64,000 nucleotides of DNA, taken from the NCBI GenBank assembly GCA_025350245.1, contig JANXYG010000007.1:1615-65614 (forward strand). Direction: 5' to 3'. The position numbers and the translations under genes are program-made. The notes beneath the pieces were generated by a model. It saw nothing but the letters and a program-made list of their open reading frames with translations. It did no database searches and had not been told where the DNA came from. This document shows, piece by piece, positions 40,251 to 49,117 of this stretch (position 1 is its first letter; every line of letters starts with the position of its first letter). The stretch is from Betaproteobacteria bacterium. GTDB lineage: Bacteria; Pseudomonadota; Gammaproteobacteria; Burkholderiales; Ga0077523.

Positions 40251-41207
40251 TTGCCCGATAACGACGAACTGATCACCGCCTTCGAGAACCGCGTCCGCAA
40301 GCGCTATCGGCACCTGTCGCGCTGGGCACAGCGCGAGCACGTCGACTGCTTCCGTGTCTACGATCGCGACATACCCGAGCTGGCGTTCGCCGTCGACGTC
40401 TACGGCGAGCGCGCGTTGCTGCAGCAGTATCTGCGCGACGCCGATGCGCCCGTCGACACTGACTGGCTCGAAGCTCTGTGCACCGCCGCGGCGCGCGCTC
40501 TCGATCGAACGCCGGCCGCGGTCACCATCAAGCTCCGGCGCAAACTGAACCGGCGTGAAGACCAGCATCAGCCTTCCGGGCACGACGGCGACATCATCGT
40601 GGTTCGCGAGGGCGGTGCCAGGTTTCTCGTCAACCTCGAAGCCTATCTCGACACCGGCCTGTTTCTCGATCATCGACGCACGCGGGCCCTGGTGCGCGAT
40701 CGAGCCGCCGGCCGGCGTGTGCTCAACCTGTTCTGCTACACCGGCAGTTTCAGCGTCCAGGCGGCGCTCGGCGGTGCCGGCGAGACCGTCAGCATCGATC
40801 TGTCGAACACCTACCTCGCCTGGGCGAAGCGCAACTTCGATCTGAACGGACTCGATCCGCAGCGGCATCGGTTGGAGCGCGGCGACGTACGCGCGTGGCT
40901 CACGGCAGCCGGGATGGGGGGCGAGCGCTTCGGACTGATCGTGCTCGATCCGCCGGCCTATTCGAGCTCGAAGAAGATGGATCGCACGTTCGATGTGCAG
41001 CGCGACCACGTGGACCTGGTGCTGGCCGCCGCAGCGCTGCTCGAGCCGGCGGGCGAACTGTTGTTCTCGACCAATCTGCGCGCTTTTCGGCTGGATGCCG
41101 CAGCGTTGTCGGCGTTCGTGGTGGAAGACATATCAGCCAGAACGATTCCCGAGGATTTCCGCGACCAGCGGGTGCACCGTTGCTGGCTGTTGCGCCGGGC
41201 CGGCTGA
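40251..41207 (+). CDS. class I SAM-dependent rRNA methyltransferase resembling the RlmK (m7G2069) half of RlmKL
   Basis: YLDTGLFLDHR, NLFCYTGSFSV, LDPPAYSSSKKMDRTFDVQRDH resemble the E. coli RlmL C-terminal domain as recalled. TTG start. Confidence 0.75.
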   Translation: MPDNDELITAFENRVRKRYRHLSRWAQREHVDCFRVYDRDIPELAFAVDVYGERALLQQYLRDADAPVDTDWLEALCTAAARALDRTPAAVTIKLRRKLNRREDQHQPSGHDGDIIVVREGGARFLVNLEAYLDTGLFLDHRRTRALVRDRAAGRRVLNLFCYTGSFSVQAALGGAGETVSIDLSNTYLAWAKRNFDLNGLDPQRHRLERGDVRAWLTAAGMGGERFGLIVLDPPAYSSSKKMDRTFDVQRDHVDLVLAAAALLEPAGELLFSTNLRAFRLDAAALSAFVVEDISARTIPEDFRDQRVHRCWLLRRAG

Positions 41208-41228
41208 CCCGATCGACGCCGTGCGGGG

Positions 41229-42107
41229 TCAGAACACCCGGATGACGCGCCCCACCGGGACTGTTGCCGTTGGGGTCGCGCGCGGGTATTCGCGATCGGC
41301 ACCACCCGCCAGCGGCGGCTTCGACGGACTCAGCGCGCTGCTATTGTCGTCGATGCTGTCGTCGCCATCGAACTCATGGTCGGTTTCGCGCGGCGGGTTG
41401 CCGTCGTAGATGAGATTGCGACGCCGCTGCAGATAGGCATCGCGCAGGAAGTCGTAGCGGTCTACCGCTGCCTGTTCGAACAACTTCTCGGCCGGCAGCA
41501 ACAGGGCACGGGCATCGAGCAAGCGCAGGCCGGCCGCGACATTGCGCGGCGGTACGTCGGTGACACGCCAGACCGGGTCGATGTACGAATCGACGTATCG
41601 GCCGACACTGTCGCGTACCGTGCTCGGGCCCAGGAACGGCAGCACCAGATAGGGGCCGGACGGCAGGCCCCAGACCGCCAGTGTCTGACCGAAATCCTCC
41701 GACCGCTTGGTGATGCCGCGCATGCCGGCCACGTCGACCAGGCCGAGGCCGCCGAACACGGTGTTGGCCATGAGCCGCACGCCGTCGCGCGAGGCGTTGG
41801 TTGCCTTGCCTTGCAGCAGATCGTTGGCGACCACGATGACATCGTCGAGGTTGCTGAAGAAGTTGTGAACACCGGTGCGCATGAACTGCGGTACCACGGT
41901 GGCGTACACCCGCGCGACCGGCTTGAATGCGTATCGGTCGCCGAGGTCGTTGAACGTGTAGACCGCTCGATTGATGGGTTCGAACGGATCCGCCGCGTGG
42001 CGGGGACCCTGGGTCGCACAGGCGGACAGGCTCGATGCCAGGAGCAGCGAAGCCAGGAGTCGCCGGGGGCGGGCGGCGGGGAGGCGGCGATGGAGGGACG
42101 GGCGCAT
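41229..42107 (-). CDS. mlaA: MlaA/VacJ family outer-membrane lipoprotein
   Basis: Signal peptide with lipobox LSAC. INRAVYTFND...FFSNL...GLGLVDVA...DFGQTLAVWG...GPYLVLPFLGPSTVRD is typical of MlaA. Start at ATG 42107. Confidence 0.85.
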   Translation of the reverse strand: MRPSLHRRLPAARPRRLLASLLLASSLSACATQGPRHAADPFEPINRAVYTFNDLGDRYAFKPVARVYATVVPQFMRTGVHNFFSNLDDVIVVANDLLQGKATNASRDGVRLMANTVFGGLGLVDVAGMRGITKRSEDFGQTLAVWGLPSGPYLVLPFLGPSTVRDSVGRYVDSYIDPVWRVTDVPPRNVAAGLRLLDARALLLPAEKLFEQAAVDRYDFLRDAYLQRRRNLIYDGNPPRETDHEFDGDDSIDDNSSALSPSKPPLAGGADREYPRATPTATVPVGRVIRVF

Positions 42108-42153
42108 GAAGTACAAATTATAGCGGGCGGGAGTTTGCAAACCTTTAATGATT

Positions 42154-42248
42154 GCTTAGCATGCGCCTACGTATGCAGCATTCACGCGTCCTACATCACC
42201 GGGCAGAACCTCCGCATCGACGGCGGTTCGTATCCCGGCACCTTCTGA
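42154..42248 (+). pseudogene. remnant of the 3' end of a short-chain dehydrogenase/reductase (SDR) gene
   Basis: The frame ending at 42248 reads ...CSIHASYITGQNLRIDGGSYPGTF*, the canonical SDR C-terminus. Upstream, the same frame is antisense to mlaA, so only about 30 codons remain. Confidence 0.4.
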
Positions 42249-42270
42249 CCTCCCCGCGGAGAATCCGATC

Positions 42271-43749
42271 ATGAATGCCCCTCTTCCTCTCGAGACCCTG
42301 AAGCTGCGCGATCCGTCGCTGTTCCGGCAGCAATGCCATATCGGCGGCGATTGGCTCGATGCCGACGCGAAGGGCACGATTCCGGTGGTGAATCCGGCCA
42401 CCGGCGGCGTGCTCGGCACCATCCCGAAGATGGGCGCCGACGAAACCCGCCGCGCCATCGATGCCGCCGCCACCGCGTTGCCGGCCTGGCGCGCACGCCC
42501 CGCCAAAGACCGCGCGGCGATCCTGCGCAAATGGTTCGACCTGATGCTCGCCAACGCCGACGACCTGGCCGCGATCATGACGGCCGAGCAGGGCAAGCCG
42601 CTGGCGGAATCGAAGGGCGAGATCGTCTATGCGGCGTCGTTCATCGAGTGGTTCGCCGAGGAAGGCAAACGCGTCTACGGCGACGTGATCCCCACGGTCA
42701 TGGGCGACCGGCGGCTGATCGTGATCAAGCAACCCGTGGGCGTGTGCGCGGCCATCACGCCCTGGAATTTTCCGGCGGCGATGATCACCCGCAAGGCCGG
42801 GCCGGCGTTGGCGGCGGGCTGCACGATGGTGCTGAAGCCCGCGACCCAGACGCCGTTCTCGGCGCTGGCCCTGGCGGTGCTGGCCGAGCGTGCCGGCGTG
42901 CCGGCCGGCGTGTTCAGCGTGGTAACCGGCGTTTCGGCGGCGATCGGCGGCGAGATGACCTCCAACCCCGTGGTGCGCAAGCTCACCTTCACCGGTTCCA
43001 CCGAGGTCGGCCGCGTCCTCATGAAGCAGTGCGCCGACACCATCAAGAAAATGTCGCTCGAACTCGGTGGCAACGCCCCGTTCATCGTCTTCGACGACGC
43101 CGACCTCGATGCGGCCGTCGACGGCGCCATGGCATCGAAGTATCGCAATGCCGGCCAGACCTGCGTTTGCGCCAATCGCCTTCTGGTGCAGGACGCCGTG
43201 TACGACACCTTCGTCGCCAAGCTCGCTGCCAAGGTCGGCGAGCTGAAGGTCGGCAACGGTGCCGACGCCGGCATCACCACCGGCCCGCTGATCGACCAGG
43301 CAGCGGTCGACAAGGTCGAGGAACACGTCGCCGATGCCGTGGCCAAGGGGGCGAGGGTGGTTGTCGGCGGCAAACGACACGCGCTCGGCGGTCTTTTTTA
43401 CGAACCGACCATCCTGACGGGTGTCGACACCACCATGAAGGTGACACGCGAAGAGACCTTCGGGCCGGTTGCCCCGATCTTCCGGTTCAGCACCGAAGCC
43501 GAGGCTATCGCCATGGCCAACGACACCGAATTCGGTCTCGCGTCGTATTTCTACGCACGCGACATCGGGCGTGTGTGGCGCGTGGCCGAGGCCATCGAAT
43601 CCGGCATGGTCGGCATCAACGTGGGCATCATCTCCAACGAGGTCGCGCCGTTTGGCGGCGTCAAGCAGTCCGGCCTGGGGCGAGAAGGGTCGAAGTACGG
43701 CATCGACGAATACCTGGAGATCAAGTATCTGTGTATCGGCGGCATGTGA
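42271..43749 (+). CDS. gabD: NAD(P)-dependent succinate-semialdehyde dehydrogenase
   Basis: 492 aa aldehyde dehydrogenase (ITPWNFP, ELGGNAP, catalytic GQTCVCANR), with an N-terminal region typical of GabD. Confidence 0.88.
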   Translation: MNAPLPLETLKLRDPSLFRQQCHIGGDWLDADAKGTIPVVNPATGGVLGTIPKMGADETRRAIDAAATALPAWRARPAKDRAAILRKWFDLMLANADDLAAIMTAEQGKPLAESKGEIVYAASFIEWFAEEGKRVYGDVIPTVMGDRRLIVIKQPVGVCAAITPWNFPAAMITRKAGPALAAGCTMVLKPATQTPFSALALAVLAERAGVPAGVFSVVTGVSAAIGGEMTSNPVVRKLTFTGSTEVGRVLMKQCADTIKKMSLELGGNAPFIVFDDADLDAAVDGAMASKYRNAGQTCVCANRLLVQDAVYDTFVAKLAAKVGELKVGNGADAGITTGPLIDQAAVDKVEEHVADAVAKGARVVVGGKRHALGGLFYEPTILTGVDTTMKVTREETFGPVAPIFRFSTEAEAIAMANDTEFGLASYFYARDIGRVWRVAEAIESGMVGINVGIISNEVAPFGGVKQSGLGREGSKYGIDEYLEIKYLCIGGM

Positions 43750-43752
43750 CTT

Positions 43753-43840
43753 CCACCCCCAGGCTACGCTGCGCTTCGCCTTCCCCCTCGAAGGGGGCGC
43801 AGCGTCCTCGGGGGGCCCTGTGGGCGCTGGCCCTCCGTTT
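43753..43840. repeat. REP/MITE-like intergenic repeat (copy B, inverted relative to copy A)
   Basis: Hand alignment to the reverse complement of 37617-37704. A degenerate third copy lies around 45521-45640. Confidence 0.75.
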
Positions 43841-43888
43841 GCCGAACTTCCCGCTTCGCTCACGCGGACTCGCTACGCTTCTGCGCCG

Positions 43889-44530
43889 TCAGTCTGTTGG
43901 CGGCGAGCGCAGCATGGCCAGCGCCTTCATGAATCGCGTCGCGTTGCCCGAGACTGTCGCTGCTCCGTCGCCCGGACGATAGAGCGCGGACCCGAGCCCG
44001 AAACCGCTGGCGCCGGCCTGCCAGTAGCCGGCCATCGTCTCGGGTGTGATGCCCCCGACCGGCAGCACCGGTACCTCCTTGGGCAACACCGCTCTCATGG
44101 CTCGCAGCACCGATGGCGGGTTCGCCTCGGCCGGAAACAGCTTGATGCCGTCGGCGCCGGCCGCGATCATCGCGAACGCTTCGGTCGGTGTGGCAAACCC
44201 CGGCAGGCACACCATGCCGCGCTTCTTCGCTTCCTCGACCACCGCCGCATCCGCGTGAGGCATCACCACCAGACGGCCACCGGCGTCGGCGATGCGCGCG
44301 ACCTGGGTGGTGTCCATCACCGTGCCGCCGCCGATCAGCAGGGCTTCGCCGAAGCGGCCCGCGAGCAACGCGATGCTGGTGAACGCATCGGGTGAGTTCA
44401 TCGGCACCTCGATGACGGAAAAGCCGGCATCCCGCAGCACGACGCCCACGTCCACCACCTCGGCCGGGTTGATGCCGCGCAGGATCGCCACCAGCGGGCA
44501 GCGCTCCAGCCAGGGTTGCAGGCGGGCCAT
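43889..44530 (-). CDS. dgoA: 2-dehydro-3-deoxy-6-phosphogalactonate aldolase
   Basis: 213 aa. PLVAILRGI...IEVPLNSP-type KDPG/KDPGal aldolase motifs. Its start overlaps the dgoK stop by 1 nt. Confidence 0.82.
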   Translation of the reverse strand: MARLQPWLERCPLVAILRGINPAEVVDVGVVLRDAGFSVIEVPMNSPDAFTSIALLAGRFGEALLIGGGTVMDTTQVARIADAGGRLVVMPHADAAVVEEAKKRGMVCLPGFATPTEAFAMIAAGADGIKLFPAEANPPSVLRAMRAVLPKEVPVLPVGGITPETMAGYWQAGASGFGLGSALYRPGDGAATVSGNATRFMKALAMLRSPPTD

Positions 44531-45423
44531 CAGGGCAGGCCCGCTTCGCGCACCTGCGCGAGCCGGAAGATGCCGCGGGTCGCAGCGCCATCGGCATCCA
44601 CGACCGCCACGGTGCGACCCATCGCTTCGAGGGCGCGGCGATAGCGGCGTGCCAGGCCGTGTGTGCCGACCACGTGCACGGGTGAGTCGTCGCCCGCCGC
44701 GGCGAGCAGTTCGTGGCCGATCAGCACCCCCGACAGATACTCGCGTGCGGCATTGCCGCCGAGATTGTCGATGAGGGTCCGGGCACGTACGCCGAAGATA
44801 TGGTGCAGCAACCCGCCCTTGTCGCGCGCCCGTTCCACCCCGGTATCGAATGCGGTGTCGTCATCGTCGCCGTCGGTCATGGTGCGGCCGAGGATGCTGT
44901 GCTTGCGCAGTAACGCAAAGGTTTCTCCGGTCATGTGCGTCGAGAACGAGAGGATGCGGCCGCCGGCGAGCGCGGCCCACTTGCTGTGGGTGCCCGGCAG
45001 GCAGACGGTGCAGCGGCCGCCGTCGATCGGTTCCATGATGCCCAGCAGTTGCGTTTCCTCGCCGCGCATCACGTCCGGAACACCGGCGGCGTCTTCGGTG
45101 GCGAGTCCGGGAACGATCCAGGCCTTGCGCCGCGAGCCCCAGCCGATCTCCTGCATGGCGGCTGCGATCTCGGTCAGACCTGCCGGGACGCGCACGTAGG
45201 GAACTTCCTTCCATCCCTGGCGGCTGCCGATCATCCCACTCATCACGATGCGTGGACGACGCGCATCGATCCACTCCGGCAACTGCGAATCGATCACGTC
45301 GGCAAACCCGCCGCTGGAGATCGCCATTACCCCCATGGCGGCTTCGCGCCGCTCGAGGATGCGGCCGCCATCATCGAGCAGATAGGCCCGGAACGAGGTG
45401 GTGCCCCAATCGATCGCGATCAT
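44530..45423 (-). CDS. dgoK: 2-dehydro-3-deoxygalactonokinase
   Basis: 297 aa. The MIAIDWGTTSFRAYLLD N-terminus and PGTHSKW motif are typical of DgoK. Confidence 0.82.
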   Translation of the reverse strand: MIAIDWGTTSFRAYLLDDGGRILERREAAMGVMAISSGGFADVIDSQLPEWIDARRPRIVMSGMIGSRQGWKEVPYVRVPAGLTEIAAAMQEIGWGSRRKAWIVPGLATEDAAGVPDVMRGEETQLLGIMEPIDGGRCTVCLPGTHSKWAALAGGRILSFSTHMTGETFALLRKHSILGRTMTDGDDDDTAFDTGVERARDKGGLLHHIFGVRARTLIDNLGGNAAREYLSGVLIGHELLAAAGDDSPVHVVGTHGLARRYRRALEAMGRTVAVVDADGAATRGIFRLAQVREAGLP

Positions 45424-45647
45424 CGGCCGGTGTCCGGGCGCACCAACTCGTTCAGGGACATCGGGGGAACTCCGGATCGGGGAAACGCGGAGCTTACTTC
45501 ACCTGCCGGATGAGATGAGAAACGCCCCCCGAGCCTTCGCTGCGCTTCGCCCTCCCCTCAATGGGGGCCAATGCACTTGGCAGCGGCCCGGCGCGCACTG
45601 AGCGCGCACCCCGGATGGATGGTACGGCGAAGCCTGGGGGGGGGTGA

Positions 45648-46511
45648 TCACAGCAGAAATGCCTCGACTGCGGTGATCTGGTCGTCGGCCATGAGCATCG
45701 GCGCGTGGCCGGCACCAGCGAACTCGGCGAACCGCGAACCGGCGGGGGCCGTGGCCATCATCTGCCGCGCTGTATCTGGTGGCAGCAGGTCGGATTCGGC
45801 GCCGCGCACCAACAGCACGGGCGCTCGCACGGCGTTCCACACCGGCCACAGGGCGACGTCGGTGAGCGGTGCGCGCAACGCGTCGCCGATGGCGGGATCG
45901 TAGGCGAGGCCGAGCTTCCCGTGGTCGCGCTGGCGAGCGCTGTGGCGCGCGAGATGTTGCCACTGCGCGTCGGTCAGTGGTCCGAATGGCGCACAGATTT
46001 GCCGCAGGTACTGTTCCAGTTGAGGCAGCCCGTCGAACGCGGGATCGACACCGACGTAGCTGGCGAGACGTTCGAGTGCCGCTTTCGGAACCAGCGGACC
46101 GACATCGTTCATCACCAGGCGCCGTATCGGGTTGCCCGGCTGGGCTGCCAGGAACATGCCGATCAGGCCGCCCATCGACGTGCCCACCCAGTCGACGGTC
46201 TCGACGCCGGCGCGGGCGATCAGCGCGGCCATGTCGGAGAGGTACAGGGGATAGCCGTAGTCGCCGGGATGGGGCAGCCAGGGGCTTTCGCCTCGCCCGG
46301 CGATATCGGGGCAGATCACGCGGCAACGCTTGGCGAGATGCGCGGCGAGCGGGTCGAAATCGCGGCTGTTGCGGGTCAGACCGTGGACGCAGACGACCAC
46401 ATGCGGATGGTCCGGCTCACCCCATTCGCGGTAGGTGATGCGATGGAACCCGTGAGGGCCAAGGCAGGAGAGAGAGTTGGTACGCATGGCGGATGTCGGC
46501 GCTGCCGGCAT
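45648..46511 (-). CDS. alpha/beta-fold hydrolase
   Basis: HVVVCVHGLTRNSRDFD and the nucleophile elbow GTSMGG. Start is either ATG 46511 (overlapping the cytochrome c stop as TGATG) or ATG 46487. Confidence 0.78.
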   Translation of the reverse strand: MPAAPTSAMRTNSLSCLGPHGFHRITYREWGEPDHPHVVVCVHGLTRNSRDFDPLAAHLAKRCRVICPDIAGRGESPWLPHPGDYGYPLYLSDMAALIARAGVETVDWVGTSMGGLIGMFLAAQPGNPIRRLVMNDVGPLVPKAALERLASYVGVDPAFDGLPQLEQYLRQICAPFGPLTDAQWQHLARHSARQRDHGKLGLAYDPAIGDALRAPLTDVALWPVWNAVRAPVLLVRGAESDLLPPDTARQMMATAPAGSRFAEFAGAGHAPMLMADDQITAVEAFLL

Positions 46512-47089
46512 CAGTCGAGATTCGCCGCGTACTGCGCGAGTCTTTCGAGATCCTCGTCGAACAGGGTGCGCACCACGCTTTGCATATTGCCGGCGTCGTT
46601 GGTGCGGCGCTTGTACTTGAAGTCCATCAACTGCTTCAGGATGTAGTCGTAGTGCTGGCCGGCGACACGCGGCACTTCGTTCTGGCCGGAGAATCCGCCC
46701 AGATGGCACATCGGGCACAGGGCGTTGTCGGCAACCTTCTTGCCCTCGACAACCTTGGCGCTGTCGGCCTTGAAACCTGTCGACTTCGCTTTCTGCGACG
46801 CGAACCAGTAGCCGAGATCGTTCATCTGCTGCTTGGTCAGGTTGGTCGCCTGCGGCGACATCAGCTCGTTCTGCCGGCGCCCTTCCTTGTAGTCCTTGAG
46901 TTGCAGATAGATATAGCGTTGCGTCTGCCCGGCCAGGTTGGGAAAGATCGGCGCGACGGAGTTTCCGTCCGCCCCGTGACAGGCTGCGCAGACCGCGGCA
47001 GCGATCGCCTTGCCCTCTTCAGCGCCTGCCCATGCACCTGCCGGCGCGAGCGCTACGACAGTCAGAAGTGCTGCGAAGGTGTGCTTCAT
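46511..47089 (-). CDS. di-haem c-type cytochrome (cytochrome c4-like), predicted periplasmic
   Basis: Signal peptide MKHTFAALLTVVALAPAGAWA and two CxxCH motifs (CAACH, CPMCH). Lies directly downstream of the PQQ dehydrogenase gene. Confidence 0.85.
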   Translation of the reverse strand: MKHTFAALLTVVALAPAGAWAGAEEGKAIAAAVCAACHGADGNSVAPIFPNLAGQTQRYIYLQLKDYKEGRRQNELMSPQATNLTKQQMNDLGYWFASQKAKSTGFKADSAKVVEGKKVADNALCPMCHLGGFSGQNEVPRVAGQHYDYILKQLMDFKYKRRTNDAGNMQSVVRTLFDEDLERLAQYAANLD

Positions 47090-47111
47090 CGATCCATCCT
47101 GGTAGTGTCGA

Positions 47112-47145
47112 CAAGAAAATGGGCTGCCCGCAGGCAGCCCATTTT
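47112..47145 (-). terminator. hairpin with U-run between the PQQ dehydrogenase and cytochrome c genes (possible partial terminator)
   Basis: GGGCTGCC (47121-47128) pairs with GGCAGCCC (47133-47140), flanked by AAAAT/ATTTT. On the minus strand the stem is followed by TTTTCTT. Confidence 0.5.
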
Positions 47146-47171
47146 CGACCTGCAGACCGAGCAACGCTCGA

Positions 47172-48902
47172 TCAGGGCAGCGCAAACACGAAGTAGCTGT
47201 TACCGCGCTTGAAGTCGAGCTGCGTGTTGCCACCCGCGGCAACGCCGATATATTGCTTGCCGCCCACGGTGTACGAGATGGGCGGGCTGTTGGCGCCGGC
47301 GCCGACGTTGAACGACCACAGCTTGGTACCCAGCTTTGCATCATAGGCATTGAACGAGCCGTTGCCTTCTCCGGTGAAGACCAGGTCGCCACCGGTTGCC
47401 AATGCGCCCCCCATCAGCGGCTGGTCGGTGTCGGCCTTCCACGCCATCTTGCCGGTGTCGAGGTTGACAGCGGCCAGACGACCCCATTGCTTCTCGGTCG
47501 GGACGATCTTGAAGGCGCCACCGAGCCACAGCTTGTCGCCACCGGGGTAACCGGCTTCCTCGACGTGATACGTCATGGGCTGGTGCAGGTTGGCAGCGTA
47601 GGCCAGGTGCAATTTCGGATTGACGGCCATCGGGCTCCACTCCACGCCGCCGTTGGCGCCGGGCAGCATCCGCGCGCCGTTGGCAGTGGGCAGAACCCAC
47701 ATGTTTTCCTGCGGGATCATGGCGTCGGAGAAGCGGATCAGTTCGAGCGTCTTGGCGTCGTGGACGTAGACATGCCCGGTCTTGCCGCCATGGATGACGA
47801 CCTTCTGCATCTTGCCGTCCTTGCCCTTGGCTTCTGTGATCACGGGCGGGGATACGGCGTCGAGGTCCCAGACGTCGTGGGCCACATACTGGAAGTGGCT
47901 CTTGTAGGCGCCGCTGTCGAGGTCGACGGCAACGATGGAGTCGGTGAACAGGTTGTCGCCCGGGCGGATATCGCCGTAAAGGTCGGGCGACGGGTTGCCC
48001 ACCACGAAGTAGACCGTGCGGCTGGCAAGGTCGACCGCGGGGGTCATCCACACGCCGCCGCCGAGGGTCTGAAAGAAGTCGCTGCCGTTCTTGGCGAGCA
48101 GTTCTTTCTCTTTGCCGATGTTGCGCAGCAGATCGCGGCCGGTGGCATCGTGGGTGGCCCAGACGCCTTCATGGCTCTTATCGGGGATGGTGTTGAAGGT
48201 CCAGAGCAGGTTGCCGGTCTTGGCGTCGAACGCCTTGACGAAGCCGCGGATGCCGTATTCGCCGCCGTTGGTGCCGATCAGCACCTTGCCGTCGACAACG
48301 GTCGGCGCCATGGTTTCGCTGTAGCCTTTTTCGGGGTCGGCGATCTCGGTTTCCCAGACCACCTTGCCGGACTTGGCGTCGAGCGCGACCAGCTTGGCGT
48401 CGAGGGTGCCCATGAACAGCAGGTCGCCATAGGCGGCGACACCGCGATTGTTGGGGCCGCAGCAGTAGGTGGTGACCGGACCCATCTTGTGCTTGTAGTG
48501 CCAGAACTCCTCGCCCGTCACGGCGTCGATCGCATAGACGTGGTTGTAGGAGGTGGTGAGGAACATCACGCCATTGACCACCAGCGGCGCGGTTTCCATC
48601 GATTCCATCACGGCGGTCTGGAAGACGAAGGCCGGGCGCAGCTTGGCGACATTGCCGGTGTTGATCTGCTTGGCCGGGTAGAAGCGGGTCTGCGCGTAGT
48701 TGCCATTGGAGTGCAGCCAATGATTGGCGTCGGTGGGCGACTTGTTCAGCAGGTCTTGCGTGACGGTGACCAGATTCTTCGACATCGCCTTGCCGGACAC
48801 CGTGGACTGACCGGAGATTTCGTCGCCGGCGAACGTGGTGGAACACATACCAGCCAGTGCGAGCGCGGCAGACAGGGCAGTGATACGGGACTTGAGCTTC
48901 AT
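47172..48902 (-). CDS. PQQ-dependent alcohol dehydrogenase, methanol/ethanol family (quinoprotein)
   Basis: Signal peptide, vicinal Cys pair ([10 protein letters not shown]) and W-rich beta-propeller repeats. ATG 48902 is preceded by GAGGAG. The HDVWDLDAV segment contains a D-x-D pattern. Confidence 0.9.
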   Translation of the reverse strand: MKLKSRITALSAALALAGMCSTTFAGDEISGQSTVSGKAMSKNLVTVTQDLLNKSPTDANHWLHSNGNYAQTRFYPAKQINTGNVAKLRPAFVFQTAVMESMETAPLVVNGVMFLTTSYNHVYAIDAVTGEEFWHYKHKMGPVTTYCCGPNNRGVAAYGDLLFMGTLDAKLVALDAKSGKVVWETEIADPEKGYSETMAPTVVDGKVLIGTNGGEYGIRGFVKAFDAKTGNLLWTFNTIPDKSHEGVWATHDATGRDLLRNIGKEKELLAKNGSDFFQTLGGGVWMTPAVDLASRTVYFVVGNPSPDLYGDIRPGDNLFTDSIVAVDLDSGAYKSHFQYVAHDVWDLDAVSPPVITEAKGKDGKMQKVVIHGGKTGHVYVHDAKTLELIRFSDAMIPQENMWVLPTANGARMLPGANGGVEWSPMAVNPKLHLAYAANLHQPMTYHVEEAGYPGGDKLWLGGAFKIVPTEKQWGRLAAVNLDTGKMAWKADTDQPLMGGALATGGDLVFTGEGNGSFNAYDAKLGTKLWSFNVGAGANSPPISYTVGGKQYIGVAAGGNTQLDFKRGNSYFVFALP

Positions 48903-48987
48903 GCTGACTCCTCTCGGTAGTTTTAGAAGGCCTGCGTTGGTGGCCGCACGAGATCGGGGCACATCCACGCACCACGGCTGTTGGCTG

Positions 48988-49057
48988 CGCCCGCGGCTCG
49001 ACCTTGATATGAGCCGCAATTCCGCCCGCGGCTCGACCTTGATATGAGCCGCAATTC
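48988..49057. repeat. perfect 35-bp tandem duplication (CGCCCGCGGCTCGACCTTGATATGAGCCGCAATTC x2)
   Basis: Copies counted by hand at 48988-49022 and 49023-49057, in the divergent intergenic region between the PQQ dehydrogenase and ankyrin genes. Confidence 0.9.
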
Positions 49058-49117
49058 ATATGAGTACCGATTGCGGGCGCGAAGACTATAGTCAACAATC
49101 CGGCCCCGCACAATCCC

